From assembly GCA_950097015.1 (NCBI GenBank), contig CATNEN010000038.1, forward strand, positions 8,742,001 to 8,806,000: a stretch of DNA of 64,000 nucleotides, given 5' to 3'. This document shows, one piece after another, positions 39,101 through 51,429 of this stretch. A program made the position numbers and the translations under genes. A model generated the notes under the pieces. The model was not told where the DNA came from, ran no database searches, and saw nothing but the letters and a program-made list of their open reading frames with translations. Numbering within the stretch: position 1 is the stretch's first letter; the number at the start of each line of letters is the position of its first letter. The stretch comes from Macrostomum hystrix. Its lineage: Eukaryota > Animalia > Platyhelminthes.

Positions 39101-41837
39101 TTCTACTTTGACGAAAATTTGTTATTTTAAACCGGAACCAACAACGCCGGATCTCAGGTAGACATTTTTAGAATTTCGGAGCTCAAATAGAATTAAAAAC
39201 GAATATTGTTACCTTAATAATAATAATAATTATAATAACTGCAGGATGGGTGTCATTTCTTGGGCTCAACATTTCTTGGTGACAATAGACCCACAGATTG
39301 CGGCGAGGAGCAAATTCTTCCCATTCTCGTCCCTCTCGAGCATAGACGAACATGGATACCGTACGAGGCACACACACACACAGGTGTGTACATCTGCCCT
39401 GACTTTCTCATCGCTAGGCAGTTTATATTTTCCCTGTACCTTGGAGATTGGCCCTCAAGGACGTAAATTGCATAACAACCCCCAATCCTTCTTTCTGCTG
39501 CTGCGCCCCAAATGAATTTGTGGGCTTGCTGGGAATAGAGCCCAGGACCTTGGTGCAAGAAGCAAACGCGTTAGACCGCTCTGCCACTCACCTCCACATT
39601 GTTACCTTGAGGGCGCGCTAACTAGTTTAAAAAAGCATTACATATCCGAACAGCTGATAATTTAAAACGAATGCAAGTTGACCTTTGCAAAAGCGTACCG
39701 CACTACTTACTAATTTTATGCAGATCGGAATCGCCAGAAAAGTGGGATGATGAGCACCTGAGGCTGCTCATTCAAGGGCAGTCGCGTCAGTGCGAGTCGC
39801 CGGATTTCACGTGTCCGAAGTACGGACCGCTGGAACAACCGTTGCTAACCATCGCTGTGGACAGAAACAATAACGAACTTGTTGACTCTCTACTGCAGCA
39901 AGCCTCCAAGGTGCCTTCGACTTACACGGGAAATGACGTGCTGGGCAGAACAGCCCTGTTCAGTGCCGCAATTAAAGGGCTCACAAGCATCCTAGAAGCA
40001 TTTGAGAATGCTTTCGCGAACCAGAAAGATCTCTTGAAGTGTGAATTGAACAGATGCGACAACTTGAGGCAGACTCCACTAATTTTGGCCGCTAGGAATC
40101 ACCAGAACAATGTTCTCGAGCAGCTTGTTCGAATGGGAGCTGACTTGGACTACCAGGTAGTAAAAATAGCAGAAATGAAGGAATGGCTGTAGAAGCATGT
40201 GCCAAAATATACCACATTTTCAAGTGAAAGTTTTGTCTTCTTTTTTTACGACGAACTTTTTTCGGGGCATTAAGTTGAAAGTAATTTATGCATGTTTGTC
40301 ATTTTCCAGGACATGACCAAGGCCTCTGCTATTGTTCATGCAGCTAGGCTAGGATATGACGACACTGTTGCCAAACTGTTGCAACTGGGCGCCAATCCAG
40401 TTCTACCGGACTTCTCATGCAATACTGCGCTCATCTGGGCCGCTCGCCGTGGATACACGTCAGTTATCGAGGCCCTGGCACCCAAGATTATCAGTGTTGA
40501 GCACTGGACACACAAAGGTCAGCGCAACTTGACGGCGCTCGAGTGGGCGAAGCTCTGCGGTCACGACAGCACGGCAGAGCGAATTCAGGAGCTGTAAGCA
40601 GAGCCTTGCATTTAGCTAGCAATGCACTGGAATTGGATCTAGTAAAGCACTTATAATTGAGCTTGAGCAATATTTTTATTGTCTAGATATACGACATAAG
40701 GTTTTGCGACAAAAGATCTGTACCTTTTATCTCCCTCCAGAGTATGTGTGTTTACTCTAGCTTCGAAATGATGAACGCTACGAGTCGTTTTTTTAACCAT
40801 TAAAAACTGATTATCAACGTTTACTTTTTTTCAGTATTCACAGACTTGCTGCGTCAGCTGGAGAGCCCGAAGTGGTTGACAGTTCTGCAGGCGGTGGCTC
40901 CGGGAGTGGTACGAGCGGTAGCGGTGGCGCTGTTGGCGCCGTTGGTGGTACCGGCGGCGAAGAGGGCAGCACTGACCAAGCCGGCGCTGGTAGTTGTAGC
41001 GGGAGCGGTGCTGGCGGCGGTGGCGGTGGCGGTGGCGGTGGCGGTGGAGGTGGCGGTGGCGGTGGCGGTGGCGGTGGAGGTGGCGGTGGCGGTGGCGGTG
41101 GAGACGGAAACGATGTAGGTGGAGCTGGTGCGCCGCCCGATCGCGGCCGCTATCCGATGAACAGTCAGAGCCGTGGATTTGCAGTTATTATCAGCAATAC
41201 ACAGTTCGCTCCACAATCTGGTCGCCAGCACAGACAATGGACAACTCATGACAATGAAAGACTGGTCCAATGCCTGCACAACATCGGGTTCGAGGATGCT
41301 CTCCTTCTACCAAACATTAGCAAAGAGCTCTTTGAAACACTTGGACAAACGGCCTCCAGCTGTTTGGGGTTCCAAAATGCCGACTCGCTATTGATTTGCA
41401 TCATTTCGCACGGCGAGCATGGCCGCGTGCTAGATTCAAGTGGCCGTCGTGTCGAGTTAGAAACTTTGTTCAGCCAGTTTAGGCAATCTCAGACAATGCG
41501 GCATAAGCCAAAGATCTTCGTGGTCGAAGCTGGGCGGGACATTCCGTTTGAGCGGCTGGTGACCAGACAAGCTGTCCAGCAGAATTCGGGACTGCACGAA
41601 GATTGTCTCTACATCTACAGCGTTGTAAAAGGATACAGTTTCTGTGAGGAAGTGAATCACGGCTGCTGCTTCATGCACTCATTTTTAGATGTGCTCGAAA
41701 ATGACTTCGACTTTGCCAACGAAGACTTGGTGTCCGTGCTGCCCAGGGTTGTTTGCTTGGTGTCCGATCGGTGCGGGGCCCGCCAAGTTGTCAGCCACAC
41801 CTCGACCTTTAAGAGGCAGCTGGTTTTCGGACTGTAA
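36180..41837 (+). CDS. Pseudokinase - pseudocaspase - ankyrin repeats - poly-Gly - pseudocaspase protein, copy 2 (~1098 aa)
   Basis: Exons 36180-36184 (tentative), 36497-36854, 37203-37680, 37770-37815, 38468-39157, 39724-40156, 40310-40593, 40835-41837. All GT-AG, phases 2,0,1,2,2,0,2, 3297 nt open. Motifs IGTG, HRN, DFG, YMAPE; VLVARG and KPKLFFIDVET; ~6 ankyrin repeats; IISHG and KPKIFVVEAGRD. Confidence 0.88.
38032..38335 (+). mobile_element. Diverged SINE family 1 copy (intronic)
   Basis: gagttcgaatctc, cattgcctcaattcactcatctgta, gactgaacagcttgtac. Confidence 0.6.
39212..39592 (-). mobile_element. SINE family 2 copy (intronic)
   Basis: Minus strand gtggcagagcggtctaacgcgtttg A box, gtcagggcagatgtacacacc, (ATT)n tail. 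Confidence 0.7.
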
Positions 41838-43374
41838 GTTGTATTGACAACAAGCAAAATAAAATGATTGCTACCAATCATACCTTAATTAAATGCCCAC
41901 TTGGCACTACCTTTATATTGTACCTGCACTGTACTCAAAGATCAGTCTGAAAACTGAGATCGAAACGGAAAATAACGAAATCACTGATTAAAGTTCTTAT
42001 TCAGGTGTAAAATTACCCTAAAAACGTGTGTGCAAGAGTGTACGTTTTTATAGCTGGGTTTGCCATATATTTTTTCTCGTGTGTTTGCTTTTCAGACTAA
42101 GACTGTCATTGTGTCAAATAAAACATTACGCTCGTATTCCTTTTGTTTTTAAAGATTTTTAGTTCTACCGTACTATGCACTAACTGCGCCATATGAAACG
42201 ACACTCTTATACTGTTGTGCCGTTTAAGTTTACCAATTAATGATATCGAAAATTCTATATTTTTAGCTCTACTATTTTTCCTCCTAATCCTCCATTTTGT
42301 TACGAGCAGAGTGCTTAATTATTGATTTGGTGTGTCTTTTTCAAATTTTGCTGACGCGAAAAGCAAAACAGTGGACTGTTTTTATTTTTCCATTGTAAGT
42401 GATGTTTTACTCTTAAATTTCTTTTTCATGGCCATTATTCTTTTAAATTTTACGAATCAACCAAGCGACAAAAACATAAAAAATTTTTGCTTTGTCAAAT
42501 TAGCAAGCAGCCATAATTACTATAGGCTTTTTTCATTAATTCGCTGACGAAGGTGCGCAATTTGGCATGTACTACTAATTGTGGCCAGTAGGGAGATACA
42601 GGCGATCGATAATTCAAGCGACGTCAGCTTTAAATTCGCGCAATTAATTGTTCCTATTTTTTGCAAGCGCGCCTAGAAGAAGGACGGGACACTTTGTCTT
42701 TGTTTCTTGGAAAATTTATTAAAGGCAGATTTTTACGGAAAATGCACTAACGACATATAGGAACTTTTCAAGCTTTTCATATTAAAATGTTGATAATTTT
42801 TTCTTGAAATTAAATCCAATGCTGTTCTTTAAACATAACTTGTAAAAACTGTTACTTCAATGTATTTTTAAAAGCTTCATTCTTGAATAGGCCTAATGGA
42901 TCTTCATTTTCTTTTTATTTATTTATTTTGAAGTACATTTAGCAACCAATTAATGCAGACACGTGCACAAAATTAGCCTCTAGCTTGGCACTACTGATTT
43001 GTAAACTAAAAAAATCTACATAATTCTCGCAATACGAGTACACATACTTTATTAGAAAGTGACTGTAAAATTTTGTTAGAAGTGACTTTACAGAGTATAG
43101 GGGAGAGCCGTGGAGAGCAGGATAGAGCAGAATGGAGCAGAATGCAGCTGACCTTTGCATAAGAGCGTGGGCGCACGCTATTGGCTGAGAGGAAAATCAT
43201 AATTTCGGGTTGCGCAAGGTGTTAGGATGCATGAATTGACATTTACATACAGTAGTGGTCTAAGAAATATACAGCCGAAGTGCAAAAGTTGTGAAGCGTA
43301 ATAATCAAAATACAACCTTCATCACACCCATAGTAAAGGGTAGACGTAAAGACTCTAACTCCTTCTTATGGCCA

Positions 43375-43430
43375 TAGATAGAGATAAAGATAGAGATAGA
43401 GCTAGATAGAGATAAAGATAGAGATAGAGA
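43375..43430. repeat. (TAGAGA)n-type microsatellite
   Basis: Directly visible. Confidence 0.85.
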
Positions 43431-44205
43431 TTTAATCTTTCCGTAGACCATGCATCATCGGCGTCTTGGAAGGCAGGTGATCCAACGGCGTACCGAAGTA
43501 AAGTGCGTAGTAGACGTACATGTAAACTATAAGCACATGCCACATGCTTATTTTACTTTGAAGTTAAAATCATTATATGTGCAACTAAATCTGTCGTGAA
43601 TGGCAGATTTTTTATAAAAACTTAATTTAAAAGCAATTTAACTAAATCCTTTTCTGGTTGAAAGTCGTTGATTCACAGTTTAAAATTCTGACTTACTTAT
43701 ATTGTAATATACGAGACACAAGTTATTTGTTTTATTGTATGACGTTTTTAGGAAAACACGATTTGTTTGAAGAGTGAAATGAATTTGGAAAAAATTTTTT
43801 AATTGCAAGTCTTTGCTTTGCAATACTATTTAAATTACTGGCATAGCTATTCTTGTTGTTAAACTTCTCTAAGAAATTATAACGATTTTTTGTGCTTGTC
43901 TGCTACTTTTACTCTTTTAAATAATCGGATAAGTACAGATTTTACATTATAGTACATCTCAGTTCAGTCTGCAGCCAGAAATAGCTAAACTAGCGAATTA
44001 AATTGTCAAATATCCAATTTGCTTTCGCTATTGTTAACAATTTAGCAAGCAAATACTTTTCCGTAGCAAGAGAGCAAAACAGAACCCGACCATAAGTCTA
44101 CTTGAAATCAATAATTCAGACCCAAGCCAGCTACACTTCAGTCTTGAACAAAACTGCCATCATTCACAGGTCATTCACATTGCGAAACAGTAAATATACA
44201 TAGCC

Positions 44206-47200
44206 ATGACACTAAGTTCTAAGGAGTTAGGAAATCTAATGAGGTAAGTTTTATAAGTTACTTATTTTTTGCATACATTGTTTAGACTGCACGCTAGTTA
44301 CCTTGGCTAGGCTACTCAAGCTAATCAAGTCATCAAGTGTCCAGTAACCTTGTGCTAATTATTAATTAACTACCTAGCCAGGAATAGGCCCTATGCTTTG
44401 TTTCCCTAGACAGTTATCTCGAGATATGAGATATGAACTACTCAATCTTATTTTTTTAGCAAGGGCAAGGACTTAGCCTTCTTAATCTTAGCTATCAGTA
44501 GGGGGCCTATGTAATTAATTTTTATTGTCAAATACTAAATTTCATGTCATTTTAGGGCCTTTTTTAATATTATAATTATAAGTATTTATATAAGTATGCT
44601 TTCTATGTATAAATCAACATCCTTTATTGTGTGACAATTTTACCCAATATTCAGGTAAGTAAAACACTTAAAATTTTATTCAGTTACTATGATAGCCCTT
44701 TATAAGTGCCCAAGCAGTAAGACACTTTTAAATTACTATCAAACTAATTGAACTCATTTGTTAATATTATTGAGTATCCAGTCTCTAAGGGTTTCTAGTG
44801 GATCGGAGGGTATGAATCATATATACTATAATTCAGGTCCAATACTGGCTTTGTGTTATTATTCAAATAGTCAGCTCTACAGATTTTTTCAATAAGATTT
44901 GTTTAACTCCAAATGCCATTTCCTGTTTCCCAGTGGCTTTAAGCTCAAATTAATTAACAAACACACATTCCAAATATTTTTTATCAATCTGTGACAAACA
45001 CTTAAGTTTATTTGTGAACTTGGCTTAGATAACTGAAAGTCAAGTTTTCTATGACATAGCACACAGATAATTATAGCATAAATTGGGGTTGTTGGTGAAC
45101 ATTATTAAAACAAAATTGCCAAATACTGCAAACATGAAATTATTCACTTTTTTAAAGAAGTAATCATACAGTATGACAATTAATTCTATGCAATAACAAA
45201 AAATGAAATATATAATCTATTACAGTCATAAAAATTTCTGTCTATTTTTTAATAGCTAGCTATAGTTATAGACTATTGCTATAGTAAATTTAACTTTGCA
45301 AACCATAACTATAAGTCTGAACAAAAGAGAAACTCTATACAGCACAAAGATCAAGACAAATATAGCAACTATTTGCCAATTCAACTGCCTATTAGCACTT
45401 TTTATTGCACTTATACCAAATGTTGCAACTTTTCATAGACCACACCAGAAGTTTCTAGCAATTTATATGCAAAATGCCCTATGGACTTCCTAAAACTTAG
45501 GGCAAAACATACTTTATTTAGTAGTATATGTATATAAACATACACATATATACTTGTAAATTTTAAGTATATAATTACCTATAACTGTTGGTTAAATGTT
45601 GCTTTTATTAGTTAATAAACAAAGCAAAAGTAAGCCAGTGGGCTTATTGCAGACTATAAGAAAATAAAAAAATCCTAGCTGCTGGTGTATTTAAAGATGA
45701 CCTTACCTGCTATAACATTATAAACAGCTAGTAAACAACCTGTGTTTTAGCATCCTGGCTGTGGATCAATGCTCCAACAATTCATTTGAGAGCATCGGCC
45801 AGCAAGTGCAGCGATATTTTACTAAGCAAGATGGCTTCAAGGTTGGCACTGCTCTGGTGAGTAAATCGCAGATTATTTGTCTGGATATTCTGACTAGGAG
45901 CACAGAATTTTTAATTAATAAAAACGAAACCTATTTCTCCCTAGGTGCTACTGCTGCAGAACCCGGACCTGTTGCCCAATCGCATGCAGCAGCTCGTGGC
46001 TCTCTACATCCTGTGGGAGCTGACACGGGTTGACCCGCCCAATGTCAATCCATTCCAGCTGGCATTTGTCTACGCGATGCGGTCCGACGAGGGCGACTCT
46101 AGACACTTCAGAGTGCCCTGCCTGCCCCTCACAGAGCGGGTGTTCCTGTACAGCCTGCTGCAGCAGACCCACACTAATGGACAGCCGCCACGTGACCTGC
46201 TAAAGAAGACTCCGCAGCAGGTTTGTCACATTTTAAATATGAATTTGCTCTGGATGCTGTGGATGTCAGTGTTTTTCAGAATTATCTAGCCATACCGCTG
46301 TTTTGTCAGTAATCTGTGAATGTCAGGAGTCAGTAGATGTAAGTTGTTTTCAGGATTTTGTTTGTGTCACTGTTTGTCAGGTTTCTGCACCTAAGGTAGG
46401 ATTTAAATTATGATGTATTTTACATCTACATCAGTCAATAAGTCTATATGTCGGAGTCTGTAGATGTAGGATTCTGTAGATGTCAGGGCTCTGTTGATGT
46501 CAGGAGTCTGTTGATGTCAGGAATCTGTAGATGTCATTAGTCTGTAGATATCAGGATTCTGTTGATGTCAGGAGTCTCTTGATGTCAGGAGTCTGTAGGT
46601 GTCAGTGTTTGTCGCCCACCCCAATCCAGGTGGCCTCCAGCGTGTTCCCAGCAGGCGTGATTCCCAGCGAGCTGGACCTCAGCTTCCTGGAGAATCCCAG
46701 TCTGGAGCGAGCCAAAGAGCTGCCAGTTGTCAGTCGAGTGGCGATGCCCTGTGTGCTGTCCGACCCCGAGCGCCGGCTGACCTCCATGGAAGCCTTCAGC
46801 GGACCGCCCGGCGGTGTCAGCTCCGCGGAGGCGCAGCGCCAGGTGATGGACGCCCTGCTGACTGGCGATCAGGCCGCTGTTCGCTCCCACCTGCGCCCGG
46901 AGTTCCTGCTTCTGGCGCCGCCATTGCACTGCGTCGGCATCGAGGACGAGCTGGTGTGGATGTCGCCAACTGGCGTTGAGCACACTGCTCAGTGGGATTA
47001 CTCCATGTGCCAGGGCGGGTCGTCCGGTGGTGAGTCTCTCTACCTCCACGGGGGTCGGTGGCAGAACCGTTAACGCGTTTGCCTCTCGCACCAAGTTCCT
47101 TAAGTTCGATTCACATTCATCCATGGTTCAGCCGCGGAGAGAAGGCTTTGGGCGCCTGTCGTGCAATTTTCGAAAACCTCCAGGGCCAACTTTCAAGGCA

Positions 47201-48153
47201 CAGTGAAGCGTACACTGCCTGGTTATAAAGTCAGGGCAGATGTACACACCTGTATGAGCCTGTGTAGTCAGGAGTCAGCGAAATGGGCTGGGCAGAATTG
47301 CCTAGGGTCACCAATTAATGTGCCATTGCCGCAGCCCTCCTGCAATTATTATTATCAATACGAACCGAAACTGTAATTACAGTATCCCTAACTGATTGCT
47401 CACGATATCAATACGAACCAAAACTGTAATTACAGTATCCCTAACTGATTGCTCACGATATCAATACGAACCAAAACTGTAATTACAGTATCCCTAACTG
47501 ATTGCTCACGATCACCACCCACCCGTTTTTCAGCCGAGACTCGCAAGCTGATGGTTCGCGCCTTCAAGCAGGCACTGCAGCAGTCGCAGATCCGTCAGCT
47601 GAACGAGGCCATCTCGCAGGATCCCAAGCTTATTAGCCTGAGCGGAATGTCTCCATCCCGCCTGCCGGAACTTGTCGAGCACAATCCTCTGGTAGCCATC
47701 GAGGTCCTACTCACCCTGATGAAGGCCAGCTCACCCCAGGTTACCGATTACTTCTCTGTGCTTGTGAACATGGAGATGTCCCTACACAGCATGGAAGTGG
47801 TAAACCGCCTCACTACCAGTGTGGAATTGCCTGCCGAGTTCATTCACCTGTACATCAGCAACTGCATCTCATCCTGCGAGGCCACCAAGGACAAGTACAT
47901 GCAGAACCGGCTTGTCCGCCTCGTCTGCGTCTTCCTGCAGTCCCTGATTCGCAACAAGATCATCGACGTCAAGAATATCTACATCGAGGTGCAGGCCTTC
48001 TGCATTGAGTTCAACCGCATCCGCGAAGCTGCCGGTCTGTTCCGCCTGCTCAAATCGCTTGAGTCCAGCGACGGCAGCGTCGACTCCGCCGCACTTGCCG
48101 GCGTTGGCGGAAGCAATCCGTCCAGCGCTGCCACCACACCGTCCAAGCCTTGA
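44206..48153 (+). CDS. CNOT11: CCR4-NOT transcription complex subunit 11
   Basis: Exons 44206-44243, 45751-45856, 45945-46220, 46630-47029, 47534-48153 are phase-compatible; [52 protein letters not shown]. Confidence 0.95.
46450..46605. repeat. Degenerate 17-bp tandem repeat (GATGTCAGGAGTCTGTA) in a CNOT11 intron
   Basis: Directly visible. Confidence 0.85.
47055..47352 (+). mobile_element. SINE family 2 copy in a CNOT11 intron
   Basis: ggtggcagaaccgttaacgcgtttg...gttcgattc head, gcagatgtacacacc, (ATT)n tail. Confidence 0.7.
47354..47512. repeat. 53-bp unit repeated three times just before the last CNOT11 acceptor
   Basis: Units start at 47354, 47407 and 47460. Confidence 0.95.
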
Positions 48154-48224
48154 CATTCGTCTTCTGACAATTGATCACAGGACTGCGGCCCACAGCGTCA
48201 TTATATAGAAATATATACAGATAG

Positions 48225-48468
48225 ATCATTGATCCAGCAGCTAGGTCATTGATCCAGCAGATAGGTCATTGATCCAGCAGATAGGTCATTGATCCAGCAG
48301 CTAGGTCATTGATCCAGCAGATAGGTCATTGATCCAGCAGATAGGTCATTGATCCAGAAGCTAGGTCATTGATCCAGCAGCTAGGTCGTTGATCCAGCAG
48401 CTAGGTCATTGATCCAGCAGATAGGTCATTGATCCAGCGGATAGGTCATTGATCCAGCAGCTAGGTCA
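48225..48468. repeat. 20-bp minisatellite (GATCCAGCAGMTAGGTCATT)n just downstream of the CNOT11 stop
   Basis: About 12 copies visible. Confidence 0.95.
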
Positions 48469-49082
48469 AATGCTCAGATAATATTATTTGTCTCGAAGAG
48501 ACATGCGATCCAAATGAACACTTTTGCAAGAAATATTCCTGAAATAGCAAGGTGTTTTATCCTCTGTGAGTAATGAATAAACGAACGGTTTCTTCATCCC
48601 AGTAATTGCTTACTGCCTAGACCTGTAGCCATATTCACGAGTATGTCCACATAGTCCGTCATGTCCACATAGTCCGTCATTTAGTTAAAAGCATAGAAGA
48701 CGTTTAAAGTAATTTGAAACAGAAAATGTTACAGCTTGCTTGAGAGCATAATGTTATGTAGTTCCTGTTAATTTAATTGCTATTCCTCACTTTATACTTC
48801 TTAAGTAACCTGTCCAGTCTTGTTCTAGTTTTAATTGGCCTATTTATGCGAATTCTCCGGTGTTCCTTTTTGTACTCTAATTATATCTGTTGATCAGTTC
48901 TCATTTTGTTAGCTGTAAATCAGTTCGTTCCGATCAGTTTTGTTCATAATTAATAAAATCACAATAGATGCATGCCTGAAGCTAAACTAAGCATGTCTCA
49001 TCTGGAATTTTCAAAGTAAAATTTTACAATTGTGTTGCATTTGCACACGTGTGTTGTTTTTTATTCTACCAATAAAGAGCTA

Positions 49083-49590
49083 GAGCCAATGAGGTGAGGG
49101 GTAGCTGCAGCCAATGAGGTGAGGGGTAGCTGCAGCCAATGAGGTGAGGGGTACCAGCAGCCAATAAGTTAAGGGGTTAAGGGGTAGCTGCAGCCAATAG
49201 GATGAGAGGTAACTGGAGCCAATAGGTTGAGAGGTTGCTGCAGCCAATAAGTTAAGGGGTTAAGGAGTAGCTGCAGCCCAATAAGTTAAGGGGTAGCTGC
49301 AGCCAATAACTTAAGGGGTTAAGGGGTAGCTGCAGCCAATAAGTTAAGGGGTTAAGGGGTAGCTGCAGCCAATAAGTTAAGGGGTTAAGGGGTAGCTGCA
49401 GCCAATAAGTTAAGGGGTTAAGGGGTAGCTGCAGCCAATAACTTAAGGGGTTAAGGGGTAGCTGCAGCCAATAAGTTAAGGGGTTAAGGGGTAGCTGCAG
49501 CCCAAAAAGTTAAGGGGTTAAGGGGTAGCTGCAGCCAATAAGTTAAGGGGTTAAGGGGTAGCTGCAGCCAATGGAGTGAGGAGTAGCCTC
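49083..49590. repeat. ~33-bp G-rich minisatellite (GCAGCCAATAAGTTAAGGGGTTAAGGGGTAGCT)n
   Basis: Directly visible. Confidence 0.95.
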
Positions 49591-50018
49591 AAAATAAAAA
49601 TTCTGCTTTAAAGAAGTCCTTTTATAGACGAATTGACAAAGCAATTTACATTTTTGTTAGCGAAACGTTCCAGTTATTAGCTCGCGTGTTAAACATCTCG
49701 TACATTTGTAAAAGATCTGAATATGCGAGTATGTGTTTTCTAATAAATCGGCTTATACTAAACAGGTAACATGAGAGTGCATGTACATTCGTTAACGCAT
49801 AAAAGTTTTTGTGATTAGGTGTAGTCAATTTTTTTTATTTTTGCGACTAAATAATTGAAATATTAATTTCTTTCTTACAAAAAAACACGAATTAACTTGT
49901 GTTGGGTATAATGTTATAATTTGTTCGCGTTTACTAAAACTGTTGCGTAGAACGCCTTGATTAGCAATCAATAGAGTTATCGTGTACGATTATCTGCATA
50001 GTTCCGACCGCTTATATT

Positions 50019-50855
50019 CTATACTTGGGCTTTGACGCCAGCTAGTGCAGCTGCTGCTGCTGTTGTTAGCTCGGCAGCGCTTTCCTCCTCCACAATGTCC
50101 AAGTCCTGTCGTTGCTGCACCTCCGGGCGAGACTTGGGCGACTCCTGCGTTACCCGGCCAGCAGACGACGGCGGCCGGCGTTGTCTGTTGGCGGCGCCCA
50201 CCCGTCCTCCGGCAATAGGCGCCAGCGACTCGAGCTGCTGCTGATGCTGGCGCAGCTGGCCCTTCTCGCTGGCGATTTCGCACTCGGCCGGTCGACCGCC
50301 AGACGACGGATCCCGGTTAGCCAGCCAGCCGAAAATAGTCTGGCATGTCAGCGAGATGATAGCCAGTACAGTGGCGATGCTCGCAGCCCGGACAGTTGAG
50401 GCCTTTGGCGTTGTGGGGGGCTGTGCGGCCAGTCCGCTGTTGGTATCGGCAGCTATTCTAGTAGTCGCTGACTCTGGTGTTGGCGAGGCCGGCGACGGAC
50501 TCCAACTGGCCGAAGGAGCGGCGTAACTCGCAGCAATGAAATTTATGAGCAGCACAGTTGCGCAAATAGCGGACGCGGTTTGAAAAATGCGAATTCTGAA
50601 TCGCGTCTGCCTGGTTTGGCCATCCAGTTCAGCCGCAGGTGAGCTGCCAGAAGTTTGCAGGGCCAGGCGGGCTCCGAGCAGGCCGGATAAGCAGACCAGG
50701 CCTGGAACGAGCAACCTGGCTACTTCGCCTGCCAGAGTCATCTGCTGAGAGGTGTTGGAACCGCTGATGACAGCAGCCGCAGCGAGAGACAAGCTGAGAG
50801 CGCAGCTGCTCAGGGCGAAGACCAACTCCAGTGCCAGGAAACTATCGCGGGACAT
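50019..50855 (-). CDS. Uncharacterised membrane protein (~4 hydrophobic segments, S/P/T-rich loop, charged tail)
   Basis: GC-rich single ORF in AT-rich flanks; starts MSRDSFL; no family recognised. Confidence 0.55.
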   Translation of the reverse strand: MSRDSFLALELVFALSSCALSLSLAAAAVISGSNTSQQMTLAGEVARLLVPGLVCLSGLLGARLALQTSGSSPAAELDGQTRQTRFRIRIFQTASAICATVLLINFIAASYAAPSASWSPSPASPTPESATTRIAADTNSGLAAQPPTTPKASTVRAASIATVLAIISLTCQTIFGWLANRDPSSGGRPAECEIASEKGQLRQHQQQLESLAPIAGGRVGAANRQRRPPSSAGRVTQESPKSRPEVQQRQDLDIVEEESAAELTTAAAAALAGVKAQV

Positions 50856-51429
50856 TGTGCTGCACAAACTTTAGTGTGGGCCGGGGAAAGGCACTTGAAA
50901 TTACTAATCGTAAATTTATACAGTTGCAGTCGGTGTCGCATATTTAGTATTTAAGAAGATGCCATGGTATCGGTCGCTCGGGCTGCATAAACAAAGCTGG
51001 CAAGATGCTTGTCGTCCGTGGTAGATCGCGCGCTGTTGCTCTAATTTTAGTTGCTTTCTCTGCGCGTAATAAACAAATGCTATGCTAAAGTTGCAGCTGT
51101 CTATACATGTAGGAGTTTAAATGAAACCGGAAGCTGCCAACAGGTCAGGTGTCCTGACTATAGCTGCGATTTGAAAGAATTTCACAAAAAGTTAGCTCTT
51201 GCTCACTAGTTCACTATCTGGTAAACGCGGGCATGTACAACATCGTCTGCCTAGCGCGACATTTCAACTATTTTAAAATGGCGTAAAGCACTGCCAGGTG
51301 CAACTCTCAGAGCTTTTGTCTCTGCAAGGCCTGTCATAATGTCCATAGCGCCTGATGCCATGTCATCATAAGCCTTCCTAGTAGCTCCATGTCACACAAC
51401 AGGCTGTCTTGTCACTTCAAAGCCTCATT

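Noticed and set aside
33214-41837. Stand-alone caspase, ankyrin and kinase genes, or a bacterial-style operon
   Set aside because: The internal ORF stops lie at or just past GT donors, and phases match across both paralogs; these are exons
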